IMG/VR virus record: IMGVR_UViG_3300020448_000002
Coordinates: 62,270-126,269 of that record
DNA: 64,000 nt
DNA from: a virus
Reading direction: 5' to 3' (one strand)
How positions within the stretch are numbered: position 1 is the stretch's first letter; every line of letters starts with the position of its first letter. The notes beneath the pieces are model-generated. The model worked only from the letters and a program-made list of their open reading frames with translations, ran no database searches and had not been told where the DNA came from. Of the stretch, positions 1 to 12,000 are shown piece after piece. The position numbers and the translations under genes were made by a program.

Positions 1-3000
1 AATATTAGTGCTATTGCAAAATACTCTGACACTAGATTTGTTTTAGGTGGTTTTACTAATACTAACTCTGGTAATCCATTTGATGCTTATATTGCTGTTG
101 TAGACACACTTGGTAACTTTGCTGTTAAGAGAAAGATTACTTCTGTAAATGTTTCTGAAAAAGTTACAGATTTACTTGTAAATGGAACTGACATATACTA
201 TACACTAGAAATTGCTACAAGTCCTAATGCAACAAGCGTTGACACAGGTATTGGTAAAGCAACTGTAGGTACTAGTGCAATTACTCTTGTTTGGACTAAG
301 CAATTAACTAATACACTGTATTCATTCATGGATACAAGTCTTACTGTTGATGAGTTTAGTGAACTATACCTTACTGCTACAACAAGACTTAAAGCAGATA
401 ATACAACTAAAGATGGTTTCTGGATTGGTAAACTTAATACAGAAGGTGTATTCCTTTGGAATTATCGTTATGCAGTAACTGGTGGATACACTGTTAATGT
501 TGCTAAGAGAACTCATATTGATATATTTGGCGATCTTAACATTGCTCTTAACAAATATCAAAATACAGATGGTGAATTAACTGTTGATGTAATTAAAGTT
601 GGTTATAACGGTATTATTAAATCACAGACAAATAATAAATTTAATCTTAATAATGTTGAAGGTGTAACTGCACATACTTTATTCCCTGATAGTTCTGGTG
701 ATGTTCATGTATATGGTCAGACTTCTTGGAATAGAAATGAACTTCTAATACCATTTACAAGTGGTGCAACTACAGATGTTACAGGACACTATACAGCAAC
801 GTTTGTAGGAGATGGAAACTCACTTCAATATGACACTTCTAATGGATATGCAAAATTACTAGGAAAAGACTCTACTACTCCTAGTACTTGGGTAAATTCA
901 GTTATACAAGTTAATGGATCAGATTTAACAACTAAAATGACTGGCGACTGGACTATTGAGTTCATGTTGTTTAAAGATGCTGCTAATAACAATAATACAC
1001 ACTCTCAAACACAACAAACCCTAATAGCAATAGGTGATGCAACCTTATCTACTGGTGGTCTATGGTTGTATTATGATATTGCATCTGGAGAGATGCAGTT
1101 AGTTGTTACTGCAAATGGAACTGCACTTAACTCTGCATCAGGTTCACTACAATCTACAGTTACAACAATGTTTGCCGATAATACTTGGCAATTTGTTGCA
1201 CTTACTAAATCTGCAGGTCAATTTACAGCATATGTTAATGGTATACAAGTTCTTCAAGGAACTATTGATAATACTGCATTCCAGAATCAAAATCTATACA
1301 TTGGTAATATTCCTGGTAAGAGTGGAACATTAAATCAATTCCGTTCTAATGAACAAGGTCAATATCATGTAGATAATCTTCGTGTTAGAAACAGAGCTGT
1401 TACTCCTACAGTTCCTAATGATGTTACTAACTATCCTATTGCAGGTGAGTTTAGTGAAGGATTCACATGGACTGATACATCATGGTTCTCTACTTACACT
1501 AACAAATATGATTATATTGATTATGTTGGTTGGGGTTTAAAAGTTGATAAAAACTCTGATGCTGCAAGACTTGGAACTCAAACTGTTCAAACTAACACAC
1601 AAGTTGGATTTGTTAGAACTGCTATTGCAATACAAACAGGTTCAGAATTAACTGTTAATAATACTGGATTTGGATTAGCAGAAGCAGGATTCCAAAACTT
1701 AGACTTTGATGATGCTGATACAACAATGACTCAAGATTCTGATTCATTAACTTATGTTCAAGATGTTTGGAGTTCTAGAACTGCTACTGTTCCTTCACCA
1801 GGTTCTCAAAAACTAAGAGTTACTGCAGTTGTTAAAGACAGATACTACTTTAAGGTTACACCTACAATCAAGATTGATAATATTCAAGAACTTACTCTAA
1901 ATCAGCAGTTTAGATTTACTACAGGAACAAAATTAGTATTAAGAAGTTCATCAGGATCATTCATTAATAGTGGATACATTATTAGACAAAATTCTGTAGG
2001 TAATAAAATATATCTTGCTGTTAATAATAATGCTTGGTCAAATGATCTTAATACTGGTGAATTAAGTACAGAACAGTTTAATGAGCAAAGCACTTATGGA
2101 ATTGTAGGTCCTATACCCGCAGATATTAATGAACTTATATTTACATTCCCATTATTAAACAATACTACACCTGGTACATTTGATATTGATTTAAACAATT
2201 TCAATCACCCAGAAGGAGGTTCAAATAATCTTGATGAATTAACTAACTTTAAACCTTATACTGATGATGATTACTCTATAAGAATTGATGAAGTATCTGG
2301 TGGTTCACCTTATATTGTTGGATCTGTTGTTAATATTAACTCTGGTGATATTAGTTTCAATGCTGCATATACAACTGCACAAATTATTAATTTAACTGGT
2401 GTTCTTAAGATTACTTTAGTAGCAACACTTAAGAAGATTATACAAGTAACTGGTGTTGCTAATAGTGATGAAGTTTATATTGTTACTGGAAATAGTCATT
2501 ACCTTACTGAAGGTGAAATGGTTAATATTGATGGTAACCCATCACAAACTGTTGATAGTGTAGTTTATGATGAATATGATGGTGCTTTCCCAGTTCATAC
2601 TGTTGTAAGTCCTGTTGAATTTACATATAAGTTACCTTCTGCTGCAATAACTGCACCAGCTACAAGTTCTGGAAGTGTTAATATCTACGTTAAGTCACCT
2701 GTTCTTAAAATGTATTATGGACATCAATATCTCTTTGATGTTAGTCATTCTTCTATGGCAGGTGGTAACTTATCATTCTCTAAAGATAATCTCTACAAAC
2801 TAGAATACTCATTTAACTCTATTGAAAGAGTAGGTACACCTGGTATTACTGGTCAAGGTGTTGCAAATCCTACTGTTAAATTAAAAGTTGATTCTGATAT
2901 TGTTACTAATATTTCTTATTACTTTGACCCATCTAGAACAGGTGATGATTCTCCTGTTATTAAAGCTAGTTACTTAGACGTTGTTAATTCACCTTACGTA

Positions 3001-6000
3001 GGTAATTTTACAATTAGTTCTACATCTGGTGCAACTATTACTCGTGGTGCAGATACATTCAAATTCCCACTTGCTAATGAACCAGAAGGTATTGCTGATG
3101 TTATTAATACATCTTACAGCACTAGTTCATTAAAAGCAGTTGGTTCTATAAGTGATATTCGTATTGTTAATGGAGGTGGTTTCTATACTAGACTGCCAGT
3201 TGTTACAACTATCCAGTCATCTAGACAAATCGAGAGAGTTCAAATTGATTCACCAGGTACTGAATATGCTGTAGGTGTTTATAATAGTGTTCCTATTGCA
3301 GGTGATGGAGAAGGTGGATTTGTTTCGATTACTGTTGCTGATGGAACTGATGATGAAGGAGTAACTATTCCTGGTCAGATACAGTCTGTTGTTGTTACAT
3401 CACCAGGTAAAGGATATACTACTGCAAGTATAGATGTTGAATCAATATCAGGTATTCTTGGAGCAGGTTTAACAGGTTCTGGTGTTGATTTGAATGTTGT
3501 TATTCCTCCTGCAGGAACAGGTGCTTCTATCTTTACTAAAGGAACTAAAGTTGGTAAAATTAAGAAATTACAGAACAACAACTTTGGATATGATTATCCT
3601 CATGATTATACTTTACGTCCTGAGATTTCATTCCCGATTAACGCACAGTTAACATCTACAAGTATTCTAGACAGTATTACAGTTACAGATCCAGGTTCTG
3701 GATATTCACAAGCACCAACCGTTGTTATTACTGGTGGTGGTGGAGCAAATGCAACTGCTGAAGCATCAATTAAGAATGGTCGTTTAGATGATATTATTGT
3801 TAAAGATCCAGGCTCAGGTTACTCTTCTGCTCCTACTGTTGCATTAAGATCATCCTTTAACTATGTTGTTAACCTTGACTTAGGATTACTACAATTTGCT
3901 TTCCCACATGGTATTGTAAATGGTTCTGAGGTTACCTTAACAGTTACTGATACTGGTGATGGTGCTGAGTTCCCATTAGCAGCAGGTGCTATTGGTCGTT
4001 TGAACTCTACTAACACATATTATGCTATTGCAGGTACTGCTAATTCTCTAGAAGAAAACCAGTTAAAGATTGCTATTACTGCTGCTAACGCTGCATTAGG
4101 AGATTCAATATCATTTGTTAACGCAGGAACAGGTCGTCAAACAATATTAACTGAATCATTTGGTGGTGCTGCTACTGCAAACGTTATTACTTCTACATTC
4201 TTAGAAGGTGAACTTGTTTATCAAGGTGATAGTTTAGACGCTGCAACTGCTAGTGGATATGTTTCTACTAACCAAGGTTGGCAGGTAGGACCTAGAATTA
4301 TTAAGATTGTTGATTACACTGGAAACTTTAATGCTAACGAAAGAATAACAGGTGTTATTTCTAAATCTTCTGGTGTTATAAGTGATCTTAAGATTGCTCG
4401 TGGTGTTCTTGAAATTGGTTCTATTACTAAAACAACTGGTCAATTTATTGATGACATCGGTAAACCATCTGAAATTATTCAGAAGATTCAAGATAGTTAC
4501 TATTATCAAGATTTCTCATATGCTGTTAAGTCTGCTGTTTCTATTGGTGAATGGAAAGAGATATTACTTAAGAACGTTCACCCTGCATCATTTAAAGTAT
4601 TTGGTGAATTAAATCTATCCGATTATGGTCAAATTCCTAATAAGGAAACTGATTTCCAGATAACAAAAGCTGTTGAATTAGCAAGAGAAGCAATTGTACC
4701 TAACATTCAGAGTTTCTCTCTAGTTGAACCAGTATATTCACAGTTTAATAACTCAGAAGTATTATTCAGACAGAAGAGATTAACATCTTCTGAGAACATT
4801 TTGACTTCTGTTGTTCAGCGTATTGATGATATATCAAATGAATTTGATGGAGTTAAAACACAATTCCAATTAAAAGTTAATGGTGAGAACGTAGTTGCTA
4901 ATGCTAACCAGTTAATGATCATCTTAAATGGTGTTGCTCAAACTCCTGAGACATCATTTAATATTCAAGGTGATTCTATTGTATTCAGTCAACCACCACA
5001 ACCACCTGCAAGTATTAAGTATGTAAACGTTACTATCGAACAGATTACTATATCCGTTCTTGAATTTACTAATATTAGTGGAATATTCCCAATCAAGGGA
5101 AATACAATGACTGGACAGACTTCTGGAACTAGATTTACTGTTACAACTGTTGTTGGTCAAACTGTTCAAGGATTCTTTGTAGAAGGAACTGCATTCCTTG
5201 CAGATGAATTAGTAAGTAATAGTGCTACTGGATTTATTGCAAACTATGCATCAGTATCAACTCTTTCAAATCTTGGATTATTTGTATTTGGAGAGCAGGT
5301 TTCAAACCTTACTGGAGAGACTGCTAAAGTTGAAGCAATTAACTTAGCAGGTGGTTCTGAAGCTCCACTTGGTCAATTACGTTATGGTATAGGTCCTTCA
5401 ACTGCATCAGTTGAAGTTGTAGCAGCAAAAACAGTTTCTACTGATCCTGATACAGCTCCTGTTGCAGGAACATTTACTGTAAGTGGTAATTATCAGATTG
5501 GTTCTGAAATTGTAACTGTAACTAATATTACTACTAACAATGACTCAGTTACATTAGAAATAACTAGAGGTCAATTAGGTACTACAGCAGCAACACAGGC
5601 AGAAGATGGTCCTGTATATGCAACCACAGTTCTTGTTAATGACAAATTAACTTTAAGTAAAACTACTGGAACATATCAGTCTACACCTGGTTTATTTGAT
5701 CTTGCTCTTAATGATGTTATTATCGGTGCTCAGTCTGGTGTAGTTGCAAGATTGACTGCTACATCAACATATCAAGATCCTACAACTAATGAGTTTATTG
5801 GTCAGGTTAATATTTCAGAAGGATCTTCATTCTTTGGATTACTATTCAACAGAGTTACATCAATTACATATCCAAATATTGTTCTAGATGATATTTCATT
5901 ATCAACAATTAGTGTTGTTGACTATACAGACTACGTAACAGATATTGATTCTCAATTCCCTGCTAACGAATTTATAAGTCAAATTGTAATTCCTTACGAT

Positions 6001-9000
6001 AATGCTTCTGGCAAGTTATCTGTAGGAGAGAAAATTAGAAATTATAAACTTGATTATGGTAATAATGTTGGAACATTTAATAGTGGTGAATCTGGTAAGT
6101 CTAGAAAACTATCATTTAAAGATAAGGTAGGAACTGGTCTATTTTCTACAGGTGATACAATAAGAACTAGAGATACTAAAGCAGAAGTAATTGGATTTAA
6201 TTTCTCAGGTAATACAATATATCTTGGTAAGATTGGTAGATCACTAAGAGGTGGTGCTGACTATCATCAATTTAACTTCTCTGGTAGTGCTCAATTAGAT
6301 ACTTCAATTAAGAAATTTGGAGATTCATCATTACAACTTGATTTAGCAACAAGTGATTATATTCAAATTCCTGCATCATCTGAATTTACTCGTGGTACAG
6401 GTGATTATACTATTGAATTCTGGGTTCGTTTAGATGCAGTATCATTAGCAGATACTAAGACTCTACTTGATATGAGAACAAGTGCTACTGAAGTTGCACT
6501 TAGAATTTACTTACAAGCAGCACAAGTTCGTGTTAATGTTAATGGTTCAGATATAGCAACTTCTGGTGGAAATGCTCTAAACAATAATGTTTGGTATCAT
6601 CTTGTAATTCAAAGAACTGGAACTACTCTTAAGATTATATCTAATGGAGTTGAGATTGGAACTGGAACAGATAGTAGTAACTATACATTGGATAGACCAA
6701 TCAGAATAGGTGCAGATTTATCTGGTCTTAATCCTATAACTGCTCATATTGATGAGTTTAGATATTCTACAGTTTCACGTTACGATACATTACCATTTAC
6801 TTCTCCTAATGGTATTTTCCAAGGAGATACTGATACTAAAGTATTATGTCACTTTGATGGTGCTGATGGTGCAACTAAGACTGAAGATTGGTCTGGTGGT
6901 GAATCATTTACTAAGGGTGAATATGTTAATAATGATTCTATATTAACAACATATAGTTCAAATCCAACTGCTGCTCCTGTAGGATTTAATACTAAGAGTC
7001 ACAGATATATTAACGCTGCAGATTTATTGTTAATGAACAAGGAATACCTTGCTCAAGAAACAGTTTATATTATGAAAGAAGTATTCCCTGCACATAGTGT
7101 TAAGGGTAGTGAAGTTGATTGTGAAGATGATGTAAGAGATGTTGTTGATGCTATTGTAGAAGATTTACGTAATGGTAGTAATCATCATATGTGGAAAGCA
7201 GCTTCATACTATGTTAATAGAGAAGTCAATCCAATTCAAATTGTAAACGTAGAAGATGATGTCTCTATGACAGTCTATGTTTATGAAATATTAGATAAAC
7301 TTGCTAAGTATATTGTTAATAATGTTCCTTGGAGTACTCAAGGTGATCATGGTGTAACACAAAAATTTGACACTTCTATTACATTTGATGGTTATACAAC
7401 TCAAACATTAACTAAGTTTACACCAACAGCAATCGACTATCATCCATCAATGGGTGACATGGAAATAACAGCTGCAAGTCATGGACTCGCGGCCCCTAGA
7501 ACTATAACAGCAACAGACTCAGGATACACTGCTACCACTGGTGTTTTGACGATTCAATCTGTTGGGCACAGTCTAGAAACTGGGGACAGAATTAAGTTTG
7601 AACCTAATTCTATTACCATGACTTGTACTTGTGATGGTAATACAGTATCACAGAGTTATCCTAGAGATGATGATCCTGCAAACCAAGGCTGGTTGGAGGT
7701 ATCAAAGATTGATAATGACAACTTTAGTGTAAATGTTGGAACATCTCCAACAGTCAACTTTACTGCAACTGCAGCAGATTATGATAGTAATACTGGTTTC
7801 TTAACTATGGACATTGGTGACAATGACCTAAGACCAGGCAGTAAGTATACTGTTTCTAACGCTGCATATAATCCTACTAGTGGTGTAATGACAGTAAGTA
7901 TTGGTAACGATCAATATAATGTTATTGATGCTGATTACAGTCCTCTAAGTGGAGATTTAGAAATCTTTGTTATGTCACATAATCTAAAAACAGGACAGAA
8001 AGTTAAGATTGCTAATGATGGTCTTACATTCAGATGTTCTCAAGATGATTATGCTACTGATCACCCATATCCAAGAGCAACTGACCCTGCACGTAATACA
8101 GCATTAGAAGTTATTCATGTAACTGATACATCATTCACTGTAAACGTTGGTAAGTCTCCTATAGTTACTTACGATGTTTCTAATGCAACATTCAATCCTA
8201 ATACAGGTGATATGGAGTTGACTATTGGAAATCATAGTTTGGCTTCAGGTACTTCTATTAGAATAGCAACTCAAAGTATTGGATTTACATGCACATATGG
8301 TGCAGGTGTTCACTACTATCCAAGACCTCTAATTGATGAGCACGTTCCAACTAATGTAGCATACAATCCAACAACAGGTGTAGTAACATTTACTGTTACT
8401 CAAGGACATGGAATTAAGAATGGTGATAAAGTTAAGATTCCTGATTATACACTTACATTCACATGTGACAAAGATAATAATGCAACTGAACACAGATATC
8501 CTAGACCTTATGATCCTATTAGTGATAAATGGATTCCAGTAAGTAATGTTCAAACAACATCATTCGATGTTCAAGTATTAGATAATGCTCCTTCAACAAA
8601 TACATCTACTCATACCTTTGTAAGTTTTACAGGTGTAATTCAACAGAAACGTGATAAATCATTTGAACAATCTGTTGCAATTACTGGTACAACTGGAACA
8701 ACTATTACTCTTAATGTTGGTATTTCAAGTAATACAACAACTCATACATATTCAACTTCTAAAGCAGGTGCTGTAATTACTGGTGGTAATTATAAGCATA
8801 AGTTTAGATCTGCAGTTGATAATGCTATAACAGTAGAGCATGGATTATATGTTGGTGATAGAGTCATGTTTGATAGAGACTCACTAACATTTACATGTCT
8901 TGAAGATAGTAATGCTACTGAGCACACATATCCAAGAATTACAGATCCTTATTATAATAAGTGGTTACCTATTTCTAATGTAACTCATACAACATTCGAT

Positions 9001-12000
9001 GTTCAAGTATTGAGTTCTACCCCTTCTACTAACCAAACTGCTCATACATTTGTTCGTGCTAAAGTTAATGGTTTAACAAGATCTGGTGAAACACTAAAAC
9101 TTGCTAAAGATGCATTATCATTTACATGCTCACAAGATAATGATGCTACTGTTCATTCTTATCCTAGAGTTGATGATTCTGTTTATAATACTGCTATTCC
9201 AATTTGGAGTAATGGTAGCACTAAGATGACTGCTCAAAGTGCAACTTATAATACTGCAGAAGGATTATTAATTATTACTATACTGAATCATGGTTTAACA
9301 GTTGGAACTGAAATTAGATTAGAAAATAATTCTCTTGTCTTTACATGTGCTAAAGATGGCAATAAAACAGAGCATTCATATCCAAGACCTAAAGATCCAT
9401 ATGCTGCTAGATGGTTAAGAATTAAAGCGGTTACTGATCATACATTCACAGTGTTTATTGGTGAAGCAAGTTCTACAGGTCAATTTGCTCATACATTTGT
9501 AAGAGCAGTTAAAGATGGTATTATCAAACGTGATAACACTGTTACTGTTAACGTTGGTGCTACTCCAACTAAGGCGTATACTCCATCTGCTGCAACTTAT
9601 AATGCTAGTACTGGTGCTTTAGAATTAAATATTGGATCACATAGTTATCCTGCTCCAACACAACATACACCAACTGATGTTGCTTACAATCCTGTTAGTG
9701 GTGTAATGACTCTGACTATTGCAGGTCATAACTTCTCTAATGGTGAAAAAATTAAGATTGCTGATAATGGTATTAAATTAAGTTGTCCTTATGGTGGTGC
9801 AACTGGAACTGCTGCACAGAAAGATTATCCACGTTCTACTGACCCAGTTAGCAATAAATGGATTCCAATATTCAACGTAACTACAGATACTTTTGATGTT
9901 CAAGTTTTAGATTCAACTCCTTCAACTAACGTTGATACTCATACATTTGTAAGTGCAGTTACTAACTGTGTTAGCAAGGCAAATTACACTGTTAAACTTG
10001 CTCCTGATTCATTACTAATGACATGTGATATGGATAGTGGTGCTACTAAACATGTATATCCAAGATCTAATGTTGCTACTCATACTCCATCTACAGGTAC
10101 AAGTTACAACCCAGTAACAGGTGCTCTTACAGTTTCAATTCCTACTGAATCATTTACTGCTAGTGCTGCAAATTATAATGTTACAACAGGTGCTTGTGTA
10201 TTAACAATATCTCAGAATGCAGGATCATATAATGTTACTGGTGCAACTTATTCACCTTCTGTTGGAACTTTAGTTCTTACACTTGGATCACATAATTTAA
10301 CAACTAATGACAGAATTAAAATTACTCCAGAATCACTTAGATTTACTTGTGATTATAATAATGATAATAATACAACTGTTCATCCTTATCCTCGTGCTGC
10401 AGGTGCATACAACTCAACAAATTCAAAAGCAGATTACGCTTATGATACATGGTTAGACATTAGTGCAGTTACAGGAACAACAATTACTGTAAACGTTAAC
10501 GGTGGTCAAGGTGCTATTACTGATATTAGTAACCATACATTTGTTGGTGCACTTGATGGTGCAGTTCAAGTTGGTCATGGTATCGTACCTGGCAATAAGG
10601 TTAAACTTGCTCCTAACTCACTAACATTTACTTGCACATTAGATGGTAACTCTGCACAGAAATCTTATCCTAGAGCAACAGGTGCTAATACAACAAGTGG
10701 TGCTGACTATGCTTATGATAAGTGGCTCAGAGTTATGGATGTTGGAGATAATACAATAACTGTTAACTTGAATGGTGGTCAAGGTGCCATCTCAGATACA
10801 TCAGCACATACATTTGTTTCTGCTACTGCTAATGGTATTACCCTTGGACACGGTATGGTTGCTGGTACACCTATTAAGATCAAAGATGGTGGCGTAATAT
10901 TCAGATGTGCTCATGATAATAATGCTACTTTACATCCTTATCCTAGATCAACTGACCCTGCAAGTGATAAGTGGTTGTTTATTAAGAATGTAAGTGATAC
11001 TCAATTTGAAGTTGATATTTTACAAGGAACAACTCCTACAAATACTACAACACATACCTATGCAGGTTCTATTGATAATTGTATTGTTCAAGGAGATCCA
11101 CTTGTTGCTCAAGCAATTCCGATTGATGCAGTTACAGGTAATACTATTACTATCAATGCTTTAGATGGATATACACCTTCATTTACACCAAACCATACTT
11201 TAGATTCTGTAGCAACATCTCAGTTTACACCAACTAATGCAGTTTACAATGGAACTACAGGTCTAATGACCATAACAGTTCAAACTGCTAACTTCCAACC
11301 TTCTACTGTTGCTTATAATGCGATAACTGGTGAGATGCAAATGACTATTGGAACTCATAGTTTGGCAGTTGGAGAAGAAATATTAATTGCTCCTAATTCA
11401 CTAACATTTACTTGTGATTTTAATGGAGATGGAAATACTACAAATAAAACATATCCTAGAGCAACAGGTGCTGCAACTCCTAGCGGTGCAGACTTTGCTT
11501 ACAATAATCAATTAGTAATTACAGACACCACAGCAACAACTATTACTGTAAACGTAAATGGTGGTGGAGGAGCAATTACTGATACAACCAACCATGTATT
11601 TGTATCGGCATTAGCAGATGCAGTCAGTGTTTCACATGGAATCAAGAACGGTGAAAAAATTAAGATTGCTGATAATGGTATTACATTTACTTGTACTCAT
11701 GATAGTAATGCTACAAACCATCCATATCCAAGAGTAACTGATCCTGCTAGTGGTAGATGGTTAGATGTTCATAACGTCACTAATACTACTTTCGATGTTC
11801 AAGTATTAGATGAAATTCCTTCTACAAATACTACAACTCATACATTTGTTTCTGCTACAACTAATGCGATTACAAGAGCAATAATTTCAACTGGTGGTAA
11901 CTATAAGCATAAGTTTATATCTGGTCTTACAAACGGTGTTAGAACTGGTGGTGACTATACTCATACATTTGTTTCTGCTACTTCTAACGGTATACATGTT

